From Nemertoderma westbladi (Eukaryota; Animalia; Xenacoelomorpha): DNA of 64,000 bases. The notes under the pieces are model-generated. The model made no database searches, was not told where the DNA came from, and saw only the letters and a list, made by a program, of their open reading frames with translations. This document shows positions 11,073 to 24,975 of this stretch, piece after piece. The translations under genes and the position numbers were made by a program. The DNA is taken from positions 1 through 64,000 of the forward strand of contig JAUCBJ010000603.1 of the NCBI GenBank assembly GCA_032718475.1, written 5' to 3'. Numbering within the stretch: the first letter of the stretch is position 1; each line of letters begins with the position of its first letter.

Positions 11073-11498
11073 TCACCCACTTCTCGCCCAATCAATCTGG
11101 TGTTCCTCCACTGCAATCAATAACCTAGTGAGTATGGCTGCAGGAAGGATGAGAAGGGGATCCGAATAAACCGCATCTGTCATCTTTGCTCCGTGCTCGG
11201 GTGTCAGCTCTACAGTATCCGCACTACTGGAGCTGTCGGGCCGCTGAGAAATAAGTTCTCGGCTCGCGGGTTGTTGCTGTTCCGCTGCTTCTTGGTCCCG
11301 CTTGACCTGAGCTCGAGTGCCTATGATAGACCTACGGTGTTGGACCAGCCTAGGGTCTGATATTACTACTGGGGGAATGATCTTTCTTACAGTAGGAGGT
11401 GAGTTGAACTTCGGTCTCACAAGTTTCACACTCCTGTCTGGGTCACAGATGGTGGTATCTAGGAGACTGTCTGACAGGTTTTGCTTTGTGTCAGACAT
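11073..11498 (-). CDS. N-terminal part of the element A Gag ORF, separated from the rest by one in-frame TGA
   Basis: Same frame as 6609-10943, and 11072-10944 is open, giving ~1629 codons with one stop. Confidence 0.7.
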   Translation of the reverse strand: MSDTKQNLSDSLLDTTICDPDRSVKLVRPKFNSPPTVRKIIPPVVISDPRLVQHRRSIIGTRAQVKRDQEAAEQQQPASRELISQRPDSSSSADTVELTPEHGAKMTDAVYSDPLLILPAAILTRLLIAVEEHQIDWARSG

Positions 11499-11629
11499 GT
11501 TTGTTGGTAGAGTTGAATGCCTACTGCTATGTTACAGTTAAAGCAAATCTAGTAAATCAGTATCAACTGATAGCCTAGTAATTAATTACCGATATCGTCA
11601 CTGAATGTAACTTGATATATATATAATAT

Positions 11630-12005
11630 ATTAGAATACCGGTATGCTTATAGTATATATAAGTATTATTACAGACTAGGTTTGTCACAGAATACCGGTA
11701 TGTAATTTCAGCACAAATATATAAATATATAATAGGCCTATCGTGAATACCGGTATACAGCTTACACTTATAGTATATATATAAGTATAATTATGAACTA
11801 GAATTAATTACAGAATACCGGTATGATTTCAGCCTAAATTTATAAATATATAATAGGCGGCCTATCGTGAATACCGGTACACAGCTTACACTTATAGTAT
11901 ATATAAGTATAATTACGAACTAGAATTAATTACAGAATACCGGTACGATTTCAGCCTAAATTTATAGAAATAAATATAATAAGCCTATGGTAAATACCGG
12001 TATGT
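11630..12005. repeat. Tandem ~120-bp repeats (GAATACCGGTA core) in the long 5' leader of A
   Basis: Visible repeats. Confidence 0.8.
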
Positions 12006-13033
12006 CAATTATTTTGGAATAATTGAATTTCTGAATTTTAGGGGTTACTTGGTTACTTTACTTACTTTATTACCGTTATTTGAGCAGTAGTCCAACTGAT
12101 ATTGAGACCTAATTGATGTAAGACAGGCCTACTGTTTATAAATCGTTTGAGTTGATTTATAATATATATACCCGTTTAATGGGTTTTTGTCAATATTTGA
12201 AATAAATGTTATTATTTCTGGGGGGAGTCACTACACAGAGACAGAAGCTGTGCGCTCTCAGTGAAGTGCTACTTGTTGGACACTAAAACAAATAATTCTA
12301 ATTTACCTAAGTTACTTAATACTACAAATTACGTACAATTCGGGGTGAGATTACAATCTCTAAATAAACACAAAAATTACACGTACAAATTTTTTAGGGT
12401 AATTTTACAAGAAGTCTACAAACCAGCCTAACAAAGGGTTAGAATATCTGGTTATTACAACGGACAGGGTACTACGGTATTTGAAAATAATAAGTAGTAG
12501 TAAATACACTGCGTTGTCCAGATAGGAAAAATACCACCATCTGACGACTTATAGCCGTATCGCTATAAGTACTACGTTATGTATCACGGAGTGTTCCTAC
12601 CTAGAAGTTAATTACCGCGGTCTACCAGAACCAACGTGCCTATTAACCACTTTACAACACAAATATACTGCCTACACACTAATCACCTTCGGAAAGCACT
12701 GTACACTAAACCCTAAATTAGGTACAAGTACTTATACAACCAATAATCAGTAGTTAAAAATAGTAGCCTACCTACATTACATAAGCAGACTGTCTGATGT
12801 GTATGTTATTATTGTGTTTTTTCATTTAGTTAAAAATACTTGAACAGCTAAAAGAACCACGGTATCTGCTGGAGTGACCGGGGCACAAATCACCAGTCTC
12901 TACCTACGCCAAGCAGCCCTGATGTAGTACCGGGGTTAGTTTAACTATAACAGTATATATAACAAGCACAATTACTGTAGGAATTAACTTGGGGATATGA
13001 ATGTTGCGAATAATCGCATAAACTCTGAATAAT

Positions 13034-13606
13034 AAATATTACGCTACGCATACAGACTACTCAAACAAAATGCAGACCAAATGCTGACAGACTACTATCA
13101 AGCCTAAACAAACTACGGTATATGCAGACTCCGAAATGGTTAGTTAGTATGCGTTCTAACCGAGTAGTACGACTTATTCTTTCGAGGGGGTTTACCTCAC
13201 AGCACTGGAAGCCCCTACGTTCCCAACTGGCACTTTATCGGACATACACTCTACAAACACCGCAATCTCTTCCGACCTAACAACAGCTAGGCAACAATCC
13301 AGCCTACAAATTATCTAAATAAGAAATATTACGCTACCCGTACAGACTACACAAACAAAGTACAGACCAAACGCTGGCAGACTACTATCAAGCCTAAATA
13401 CACTACAGTATATGCAGACTCCGAAATGGTTAGTTAGTATGCGTTCTAACCGAGTAGTACGACTTATTCTTTCGAGGGGGTTTACCTCACAGCACTGGAA
13501 GCCCCTACTTTCCTAACTAGTACTTTTTCGGACATACGCTCTATACACACTACAGTCCCTTCAGACTTAACAACAGTCAGACAACAGTCCAGCCTACAAA
13601 TTATCT
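13034..13606. repeat. ~290-bp tandem duplication in the 5' leader of A
   Basis: AAATATTACGCTAC...CAGCCTACAAATTATCT occurs twice. Confidence 0.85.
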
Positions 13607-13950
13607 GTACAATCTGAGCAGGCTTACACGCCTTCTGCTCAATATTGGCCTACAAATAAATAAAACTGACAGAAATAAGTAAGCTCCAAAAGAAACAAGG
13701 GGTGTACAGTCCCTAATCTCTTAAACAGCCTACCGGTATACAATATCACAATCGAATAATACTGCTGTACCTGTACTGCTGTAGGTACTGGTCCGGGTGG
13801 TTAGGTAGTCAGGCCTACTAGGTACCGGTTAACCGGTACTTCAGCTTTATTGCCTACTGCAATACAGAAGCAATATCTGTTATTGTTCTTACCAGAACAA
13901 TAGTAAACTGTATTTATTGCCTACACTGCAATCAGAATCATAACTGTTAT

Positions 13951-15142
13951 TGTTCGCGCTTTTAGACCTTTAGCAGTTTAACCCGCTAATTTTAGGTGTC
14001 TTTTAGTTTGTAAATCGACTTTAGCCTATGACGAGTATTGGATACACTACATTAGCCGAAGCCAGCCTATGCGCGACCATTCACCCGCTGGATATACCCG
14101 GGAGACTGGATTCGGGGGCTCTGACCTTATTGCGGTGTAGGCCTACTGTATTATTCGATTGATCGTTAATATATAATCTCTGACAAATATTATTCACTTT
14201 CGGGAAATATTAACAGTTCCCTTTGGACGTGGCGCTCTAAATATATAAACAGAGCTATGACTAACACTAAACACAACGGGATGGCTAATGATTCACGTAT
14301 AAGGCGCATTCTTTAGGAGATGCTTTGTTATCTGTCACAGTCATGCACACTACCGGTACCGCACAATACTGCACACTGATCTGCCGACCTTCACTAATTT
14401 TAGTCACATATAAAGAGAACAGCAATTGACCCATGTAGTACCTATGAAATAGCATTAGATTCACTTCAAAACCACTTTAATGTAAGTCGCAATCGTTATA
14501 TGTAACCGGTCTCTCTTACCTTCAGTATATCAAGAAGATTGAGGGTTTGTAATTATTTATCGGTATTCAAAATATAATAATATTCCATCAACAGATATAA
14601 TGAATAACCGACAGTAAATAGCAGTAAAAATGTTAAGGCATAAATTGTTATGATATGTGATTTGGTATGGTATGATTAGTTAAGTAAGATAACAGATATA
14701 CGTTCTATAATTAAGCCTACTAATGTTGGGCTAAAGACTGAAAACACAGAGATTCCAAAAGCCGGTCTTCTGGGCTCAGGACAAAATGTAAACATTGACC
14801 CATAATGCATTGCGCGATTTCCCGGAGGTTTCTGTACAAAAAGCAGGAGAATCGCTCTGATTGGTTGACCGAACAAAGAAACACCAGAGAACAAGGGAAA
14901 AGCTACACGTGTACAGCTCAGCTGTTAGCTGTCGTCATAGTAACTACACTGTTTCAAGAGGATCTAGCGCATTGCGTCATAGAATTGCTAATTATGTCCG
15001 CTAAAGTACACATACTGAAGAAATGGCTTTTATGTCCTCTAAAACACCAGTACAGTAAGGACACGGCCTTTTATGCCTGTTAAACCAACTACAGAGTACT
15101 TTGCGGGGAAAATAACCGGCTAATTCCGCAAAAGCTTTTACA
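13951..15142 (-). repeat. 5' LTR of element A
   Basis: Direct repeat of 2022-3213. It is not followed by a TGG tRNA PBS. Confidence 0.95.
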
Positions 15143-18100
15143 GGCGTTTCAGCAACTGTAATAGTGGACTACTGTATATGTGTTTCAGCCACTTTAATAC
15201 TTGTCTATATGCGTTTCAGCAGCTGCAATAGTGGATTATATGCGTTTCAGCCACTGTAATATTAGACTATAGGCGTTTCAGCAACTGTAATAGTGTACTA
15301 CTGTATGTGTTTCAGCCACTGTAATACTTGTCTATATGCGTTTCAGCCACTGTAATATTAGACTATAGGCGTTTCAGCAACTGTAATAGTGGACTATAGG
15401 CGTTTCAGCAACTGTAATAGTGTACTACTTTATATGTGTTTCAGCCACTATGTAATACTTGTCTATATGTGTTTCAGCCACTGTCATAGTTGTCTATATG
15501 CGTTTCAGCAGCTGTAATAATGGACTATATGCGTTTCAGCCACTGTAATATTAGACTATAGGCGTTTCAGCAACTGTAATAGTGGACTACGTGTTTCAGC
15601 CACTGTAAGTGGTCTATATGCGTTTCAGCCACTGTAATATTGGTCTATATGCGTTTCAGCAACTATAATAGTGGACTATATGCGTTTCAGCCACTGTAAT
15701 ATTAGACTATAGGCGTTTCAGCAACTGTAATAGTGGACTACGTGTTTCAGCCACTGTAATAGTGGCCTATATGCGTTTCAGCAGCTGTAATAATGGTCTA
15801 TATGCGTTTCAGCAGCTGTAATAGTGGTCTATATGCGTTTCAGCCACTGTAATAGTGGTCTATATGCGTTTCAGCAGCTGTAACAGTGGTCTATATGCGT
15901 TTCAGCAGCTGTAATAGTGGTCTATATGCGTTTCAGCCACTGTAATAGTGGTCTATATGTGTTTCAGCAGCTGTAATAGTGGTCTATATGCGTTTCAGCA
16001 GCTGTAATAGTGGTCTATATGCGTTTCAGCCACTGTAATAGTGGTCTATATGCGTTTCAGCAGCTGTAACAGTGGTCTATATGCGTTTCAGCAGCTGTAA
16101 TAGTGGTCTATATGCGTTTCAGCCACTGTAATAGTGGTCTATATGTGTTTCAGCAGCTGTAATAGTGGTCTATATGCGTTTCAGCCACTGTAATAGTGGT
16201 CTATATGCGTTTCAGCAGCTGTAATAGTGGTCTATATACGTTTCAGCCACTGTAATGGCGGTCTATATGCGTTTCAGCCACTGTAATATTAGACTATAGG
16301 CGTTTCAGCAACTGTAATAGTGGACTACGTGTTTCAGCCACTGAAATAGTGGCCTATATGCGTTTCAGCAGCTGTAATAATGGTCTTTATGCGTTTCAGC
16401 CACTGTAATAGTGGTCTATATGCGTTTCAGCAGCTGTAACAGTGGTATATATGCGTTTCAGCAGCTGTAATAGTGGTCTATATAAGTTTCAGCCACTGTA
16501 ATAGTGGTCTATATGTGTTTCAGCAGCTGTAATAGTGTTCTATATGCGTTTCAGCCACTGTAATAGTGGTCTATATGCGTTTCAGCAGCTGTAATAGTGG
16601 TCTATATACGTTTCAGCCACTGTAATGATGGCGGTCTATATGCGTTTCAGCAGCTGTAATAGTGGACTATATGCGCTTCAGCCACTGTAATATTAGACTA
16701 TGGGCGTTTCAGCAACTGTAATAGTGTACTACTGTATATGTGTTTCAGCCACTATGTAATACTTGTCTATATGCGTTTCAGCAACTGTAATAGTGGACTA
16801 CTTAATAGTGGACTACTCTATATGCGTTTAGCCAGTGTCATAAGTGGACTACGTGTTTCAGCCACTGTAATAGTGGTCTATATGCGTTTCAGCAGCTGTA
16901 ATAGTGGACTATATGCGTTTCAGCCACTGTAATATTATACTATAGGCGTTTCAGCAACTGTAATAGTGGACTACTCTACATGCGTTTAGCCAGTGTCATA
17001 AGTGGACTACGTGTTTCAGCCACTGTAATAGTGGTCTATATGCGTTTCAGCAGCTGTAATAGTGGACTATATGCGTTTCAGCCACTGTGATATTAGACTA
17101 TAGGCGTTTCAGCAACTGTAATAGTGTACTACTGTATATGTGTTTCACCCACTATGTAATACTTGTCTATATGCGTTTCAGCAGCTGTAATAGTGGACTA
17201 TATGCGTTTCAGCCACTGTAATATTATACTATAGGCGTTTCAGCAACTGTAATAGTGGACTACTCTACATGCGTTTAGCCAGTGTCATAAGTGGACTACG
17301 TGTTTCAGCCACTGTAATAGTGGTCTATATGCGTTTCAGCAGCTGTAATAGTGGACTATATGCGTTTCAGCCACTGTGATATTAGACTATAGGCGTTTCA
17401 GCAACTGTAATAGTGTACTACTGTATATGTGTTTCAGCCACTATGTAATACTTGTCAATATGCGTTTCAGCAGCTGTAATAGTGGACTATATGCGTTTCA
17501 GCTACATTAATATTAGACTAAGACTATAGGCGTTTCAGCAACTGTAATAGTGTACTACTGTATATGCGTTTCAGCAGCTGTAATAGTGGATTATATGAGT
17601 TTCAGCTACTGTAATATTATAGGCGTTTCAGCAACTGTAATAGTGGACTACTGTATGTGTTTCAGCCACTGTAATACTTGTCTATATGCGTTTCAGCAGC
17701 TGTAATAGTGGACTATATGCGTTTCAGCAACTGTAATAGTGTACTACTGTATATGTGTTTCAGCCACTATGTAATACATTGTATATATGCGTTTCAGCAG
17801 CTGTAATAGTGGACTATATGCGTTCCAGCAACTGTAATAGTGGACTACTGTATATTCGTTTAGCCAGTGTCATAAGTGGACTACGTGTTTCAGCCAGTGT
17901 AATACTTGTCTATATGCGTTTCAGCCACTGTGATATTAGACTATAGGCGTTTCAGCAACTGTAATAGTGGACTACTGTATATGTGTTTCAGCCACTTTAA
18001 TACTTGTCTATATGCGTTTCAGCAGCTGCAATAGTGGATTATATGCATTTCAGCCACTGTAATATTAGACTATAGGCGTTTCAGCAACTGTAATAGTGTA

Positions 18101-19240
18101 CTACTATATGTGTTTCAGCCACTGTAATACTTGTCTATATGCGTTTCAGCCACTGTAATATTATACTATAGGCGTTTCAGCAACTGTAATAGTGTACTAC
18201 TGTATATGTGTTTCAGCCACTATGTAATACATTGTATATATGCGTTTCAGCAGCTGTAATAGTGGACTATATGCGTTCCAGCAACTGTAATAGTGGACTA
18301 CTGTATATGCGTTTAGCCAGTGTCATAAGTGGACTATGTGTTTCAGCCAGTGTAATACTTGTCTATATGCGTTTCAGCCACTGTGATATTAGACTATAGG
18401 CGTTTCAGCAACTGTAATAGTGGACTACTGTATATGTGTTTCAGCCACTTTAATTCTTGTCTATATGCGTTTCAGCAGCTGTAATAGTGGATTATATGCG
18501 TTTCAGCCACTGTAATATTAGACTATAGGCGTTTCAGCAACTGTAATAGTGTACTACTATATGTGTTTCAGCCACTGTAATACTTGTCTATATGCGTTTC
18601 AGCCACTGTAATATTATACTATAGGCGTTTCAGCAACTGTAATAGTGGGCTACTGTATATGTGTTTCAGCCACTGTAATACTTGTCTATATGCGTTTCAG
18701 CCACTGTAATATTAGACTATAGGCGTTTCAGCAACTGTAATAGTGGACTATAGGCGTTTCAGCAACTGTAATAGTGTACTACTGTATATGTGTTTCAGCC
18801 ACTATGTAATACTTGTCTATATGTGTTTCAGCCACTGTCATAGTGGTCTATATGCGTTTCAGCAGCTGTAATAGTGGACTATATGCGTTTCAGCCACAGT
18901 AATATTAGACTAAGACTATAGGCGTTTCAGCAACTGTAATAGTGTACTACTGTATATGTGTTTCCACCACTGTGTAATACTTGTCTATATGCGTTTCAGC
19001 AGCTGTAATAGTGGACTATATGCGTTTCAGCCACAGTAATATTAGACTAAGACTATAGGCGTTTCAGCAACTGTAATAGTGTACTACTGTATATGTGTTT
19101 CAGCCACTGTGTAATACTTGTCTATATGCGTTTCAGCAGCTGTAATAGTGGACTACTGTATATGCGTTTCAGCCACTGTAATACTTGTCTATTTGCGTTT
19201 CAGCAGCTGTAATAGTGGATAATATGCGTTTCAGCCTTGT
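15143..19240 (+). repeat. Satellite array (~30-bp monomer with higher-order blocks, e.g. ~450 bp)
   Basis: Visible; near-identical spurious ORFs recur at 17755 and 18208. Confidence 0.95.
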
Positions 19241-20140
19241 GCTAGACTATATACTCAAGAAGGACACGCGCACATAAGGTCATGCATGATATGCTGTACA
19301 GTATATCCTGCTTTACTCGCTGAGTTACCGGAGTTGTAGAATATTACAATTTTCGTATAATAATGACTATTTATTGTACGTTAAATAAAATATGCTTTAT
19401 TTACCGTTCCTCCCGAGATCAGTTATCTACCGACAGAGCGCCGCGAGAGAGGTTGACAAGTCTGACCGAGGTGCGAAATCGTAATCAGCGTGTTTTATTT
19501 ATCGTAAAATATGTAATTTTATTGTTAAATTCATCTTTATTATTATAATTATTAAAAGATATCATTGTTTAATAAGTAATTAAACATTGCACCAGTCACA
19601 CCGCAATTATTCAACGTCCTTATTTGTTGATACCAATGGAAGTTAGTCGTTGTAAGGATTTTAAATTTGTAAATAACTGTTAATGTCGTTCAGAAATAGC
19701 TGAGATATCGGCATTCAAACAGTACAGAACTTTGCATCCGATACAGCCTGCAGGGCAGGCCATTTATTATATTTAATAAATACACAATATCCTGGAGGAA
19801 CATATGTATTTGAAGATTATTAATTACTTGATGTCATTTTACTAGTCGTAGCTAGTCATTAAATAAATAAAATGCACCAGAATAGTATTTATTACAGAAC
19901 GAAGTTGACTGTTTGATCTGCAGTAATCCCCATTTATTTAACTAGGTGAATAATGCAAATCTTATTTACCGTTAGCCCATTGACTGAGCGGTAAATATCG
20001 TAAATTTTAACAATAAATTCAATTTTTGTACAGCCAACTCTTAGCCTATGTGAATCAACATGACAGTTATCACGTGATAAACTATATGTTATATATTTAT
20101 TTTTTGTTTTTTGCGCAGCAAGAGGCATTACTAACTGTAA
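19241..20140. repeat. ~900-bp non-satellite block, copy 1
   Basis: Near-identical to 29735-30634. Confidence 0.9.
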
Positions 20141-23100
20141 TAGTGGACTACTGTATACTGTATGTGTTTCAGCCACTTTAATACTTGTCTATATGCGTTT
20201 CAGCAGCTGCAATAGTGGATTATATGCGTTTCAGCCACTGTAATATTAGACAATAGGCGTTTCAGCAACTGTAATAGTGTACTACTGTATGTGTTTCAGC
20301 CACTGTAATACTTGTCTATATGCGTTTCAGCCACTGTAATATTAGACTATAGGCGTTTCAGCAACTGTAATAGTGGACTATAGGCGTTTCAGCAACTGTA
20401 ATAGTGTACTACTGTATATGTGTTTCAGCCACTATGTAATACTTATCTATATGTGTTTCAGCCACTGTCATAGTGGTCTATATGCGTTTCAGCAGCTGTA
20501 ATAATGGACTATATGCGTTTCAGCCACTGTAATATTAGACTATAGGCGTTTCAGCAACTGTAATAGTGGACTACGTGTTTCAGCCACTGTAATAGTGGTC
20601 TATATGCGTTTCAGCCACTGTAATATTGGTCTATATGCGTTTCAGCAACTATAATAGTGGACTATATGCGTTTCAGCCACTGTAATATTAGACTATAGGC
20701 GTTTCAGCAACTGTAATAGTGGACTACGTGTTTCAGCCACTGTAATAGTGGCCTATATGCGTTTCAGCAGCTGTAATAATGGTCTATATGCGTTTCAGCA
20801 GCTGTAATAGTGGTCTATATGCGTTTCAGCCACTGTAATAGTGGTCTATATGCGTTTCAGCAGCTGTAACAGTGGTCTATATGCGTTTCAGCAGCTGTAA
20901 TAGTGGTCTATATGCGTTTCAGCCACTGTAATAGTGGTCTATATGTGTTTCAGCAGCTGTTAGTGGTCTATATGCGTTTCAGCAGCTGTAATAGTGGTCT
21001 ATATGCGTTTGAGTCACTGTAATAGTGGTCTATATGCGTTTCAGCAGCTGTAACAGTGGTCTATATGCGTTTCAGCAGCTGTAATAGTGGTCTATATGCG
21101 TTTCAGCCACTGTAATAGTGGTCTATATGTGTTTCAGCAGCTGTAATAGTGGTCTATATGCATTTCAGCCACTGTAATAGTGGTCTATATGCGTTTCAGC
21201 AGCTGTAATAGTGGTCTATATACGTTTCAGCCACTGTAATGGCAGTCTATATGCGTTTCAGCCACTGTAATATTAGACTATAGGCGTTTCAGCAACTGTA
21301 ATAGTGGACTACGTGTTTCAGCCACTGAAATAGTGGCCTATATGCGTTTCAGCAGCTGTAATAATGGTCTATATGCGTTTCAGCAGCAGTAATAGTGGTC
21401 TATATGCATTTCAGCCACTGTAATAGTGGTCTATATGCGTTTCAGCAGCTGTAACAGTGGTCTATATGCGTTTCAGCAGCTGTAATAGTGGTCTATATGC
21501 GTTTCAGCCACTGTAATAGTGGTCTATATGTGTTTCAGCAGCTGTAATAGTGTTCTATATGCGTTTCAGCCACTGTAATAGTGGTCTATATGCGTTTCAG
21601 CAGCTGTAATAGTGGTCTATATACGTTTCAGCCACTGTAATGATGGCGGTCTATATGCGTTTCAGTAGCTGTAATAGTGGACTATATGCGCTTCAGCCAC
21701 TGTAATATTAGACTATAGGCGTTTCAGCAACTGTAATAGTGTACTACTGTATATGTGTTTCAGCCACTATGTAATACTTGTCTATATGCGTTTCAGCAAC
21801 TGTAATAGTGGACTACTTAATAGTGGACTACTCTATATGCGTTTAGCCAGTGTCATAAGTGGACTACGTGTTTCAGCCACTGTAATAGTGGTCTATATGC
21901 GTTTCAGCAGCTGTAATAGTGGACTATATGCGTTTCAGCCACTGTAATATTATACTATAGGCGTTTCAGCAACTGTAATAGTGGACTACTCTATATGCGT
22001 TTAGCCAGTGTCATAAGTGGACTACGTGTTTCAGCCACTGTAATAGTGGTCTATATGCGTTTCAGCAGCTGTAATAGTGGACTATATGCGTTTCAGCCAC
22101 TGTGATATTAGACTATAGGCGTTTCAGCAACTGTAGTAGTGTACTACTGTATATGTGTTTCACCCACTATGTAATACTTGTCTATATGCGTTTCAGCAGC
22201 TGTAATAGTGGACTATATGCGTTTCAGCCACAGTAATATTAGACTAAGACTATAGGCGTTTCAGCAACTGTAATAGTGTACTACTGTATATGTGTTTCAG
22301 CCACTATGTAATACTTGTCTACATGCGTTTCAGCAGCTGTAATAGTGGACTATATGCGTTTCAGCCACAGTAATATTAGACTAAGACTATAGGCGTTTCA
22401 GCAACTGTAATAGTGTACTACTGTATATGCGTTTCAGCAGCTGTAATAGTGGATTATATGAGTTTCAGCTACTGTAATATTATAGGCGTTTCAGCAACTG
22501 TAATAGTGGACTACTGTATGTGTTTCAGCCACTGTAATACTTGTCTATATGCGTTTCAGCAGCTGTAATAGTGGACTATATGCGTTTCAGCAACTGTAAT
22601 AGTGTACTACTGTATATGTGTTTCAGCCACTATGTAATACATTGTATATATGCGTTTCAGCAGCTGTAATAGTGGACTATATGCGTTCCAGCAACTGTAA
22701 TAGTGGACTACTGTATATTCGTTTAGCCAGTGTCATAAGTGGACTACGTGTTTCAGCCAGTGTAATACTTGTCTATATGCGTTTCAGCCACTGTGATATT
22801 AGACTATAGGCGTTTCAGCAACTGTAATAGTGGACTACTGTATATGTGTTTCAGCCACTTTAATACTTGTCTATATGCGTTTCAGCAGCTGCAATAGTGG
22901 ATTATATGCGTTTCAGCCACTGTAATATTAGACTATAGGCGTTTCAGCAACTGTAATAGTGTACTACTATATGTGTTTCAGCCACTGTAATACTTGTCTA
23001 TATGCGTTTCAGCCACTGTAATATTATACTATAGGCGTTTCAGCAACTGTAATAGTGTACTACTGTATATGTGTTTCAGCCACTATGTAATACTTGTCTA

Positions 23101-23345
23101 TATGCGTTTCAGCAGCTGTAATAGTGGACTATATGCGTTTCAGCCACTGTAATAGTGACTAAGACTATAGGCGTTTCAGCAACTGTAATAGTGTACTACT
23201 GTATATGTGTTTCAGCCACTATGTAATACTTGTCTATATGCGTTTCAGCCAGCTGTAATAGTGGATCTATATGCGTTTCAGCTACTGTAATAGTGGACTA
23301 TAGGCGTTTCAGCAACTGTAATAGTGGACTAAGACTATAGGCGTT
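20133..23345 (+). repeat. Satellite array, second copy of the ~5-kb duplicated unit
   Basis: Monomer variant order mirrors 15150 onward (e.g. 16738 vs 21753). Confidence 0.95.
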
Positions 23346-24590
23346 AGTAGTAGGGTCTTGGGCGGCTCTGCGACAGTTAGACCCAACTGACACCCATTGG
23401 GTGTCATATGACACCCAATTATCACCCTATGGGTGTCATTGGGTGTCATTGGCGCCAGACTGTCTGGGTGACACCTCCCAATTAGGCTAATTAGACCCTA
23501 ATTGACAGGTGTCATCAATTAATTAGTACAATTAAACCCTAACAGGTGTCATATGACTCCTAATTAGGGTTTAATTGATTATCCTAATTAATCAGACTGA
23601 TTAGCGCCCTGACACACAATGGGTCATCAGTGTTGTCTAACTGTCGCAGAGCCGGCTCAAGAGGGTGTCATAAGTGACACCGCAGCCCTTTTTTCATTAA
23701 TACTTATTTATTTAGATTTAATTTTAATTAATTAATTGTATTCTATTTTACTTTATTTATTCATTTGTACTTTATTTTAAATTAATTAATTGTATTACTT
23801 TTACTTTATACATTGATTTTTATTTTTAGAATAATTAGTTTTTGCCAATGAGATCACTATGACATAATGTCTATTTTTAACTTTATAATGGCTATGGTAT
23901 ACGGCTCCCTACTGGCAACTATCAACTACGTTCATCGGCGGGGACCCCTCCTCTATCCTCATTATTCATTAACTAGATACAACAGGCAGTGAATCTATAC
24001 GTATACCCCCAAGGCAAATATAAATCAGCGGTCCCGGCTGTTAGCAGCCCCCTCGATGACTCACTAATAATCCCAATGCGGCCTTGACTACACCAAATCC
24101 GTATATCGCTCAAGGCTAATGCTCTAGCGGCCCTCCTTTGTTCTCACTATGGCATCACTTGGGTCCTTTCCTATATCCAGGCAGCCGGTATCATAACAAT
24201 GAAGCGCCTCTAAACATGCATTCCTCTCTACTAATCCCTTTCCTTTGCACCAGACCTGCTTCTGTTATACAGTCAACTCAACATAATTAGTCAAGTTGCC
24301 TACAGGAGTTTTCTAATATAGATTCATCAACACGAGAAGTTGCCCTGGTTACCGCTTATGCATGAACAGCCAATCAGCGGGGATCATTTCTACTGCTGCG
24401 CTCTGATTGGCTCATTTAAGAGACAAGGGCCTCCCTTAATAACCGAATTGCTATTTAATACATCCCCACCAATATATTAGGTCATTATTTCAATTGCAAG
24501 TTACGATTAACATCATTTACCATTATTTTGTTTTCGAATTTAATATTATTTATTAAGAATATTTATTTGTTATCATCAGTCAACAACCCA

Positions 24591-24975
24591 TTGGGCGGCT
24601 CTGCGACAGTTAGACCCACACTGACACCCATTGGGTGTCATATGACACCCAATTATCACCCTATGGGTGTCATTGGGTGTCATTGGCGCCAGACTGTCTG
24701 GGTGACACCTCCCAATTAGGCTAATTAGACCCTAATTGACAGGTGTCATCAATTAATTAGTACAATTAAACCCTAACAGGTGTCATATGACTCCTAATTA
24801 GGGTTTAATTGATTATCCTAATTAATCAGACTGATTAGCGCCCTGACACACAATGGGTCATCAGTGTTGTCTAACTGTCGCAGAGCCGGCTCAAGAGGGT
24901 GTCATAAGTGACACCGCAGCTCTTTTATTCATTAATACTTATTTATTTATATTTAATTTTAAATTAATTAATTGT
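24591..24975 (+). repeat. Internal third copy of the TIR, direct to the left TIR and lacking the terminal ~13 bp
   Basis: TTGGGCGGCTCTGCGACAGTTAGACCC... near-identical to 23358 onward. Confidence 0.9.

Larger units (their letters stand above)
2022..15142 (-). mobile_element. BEL/Pao LTR retrotransposon A, non-autonomous (RT, most of RNase H and integrase absent), with an extra 3' ORF
   Basis: Two 1192-bp TG...CA LTRs about 99% identical. TSD GGCGT at 2017-2021 and 15143-15147. Encodes BEL-type Gag and protease. Confidence 0.95.

Noticed and set aside
13884-13894. TGGTAAGAACA as a displaced tRNA PBS for element A
   Set aside because: It lies 56 nt from the LTR, I cannot match it to a tRNA 3' end, and it is part of a local hairpin; a tRNA search is needed to exclude it fully
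1826-22809. Recurrent 63-64 aa ORFs (1826, 16738, 17755, 18208, 21753, 22618)
   Set aside because: Chance translations of satellite DNA
15143-23345. CRISPR-like appearance of the ~30-bp repeats
   Set aside because: No unique spacers and no cas genes, in a eukaryotic context; it is a satellite
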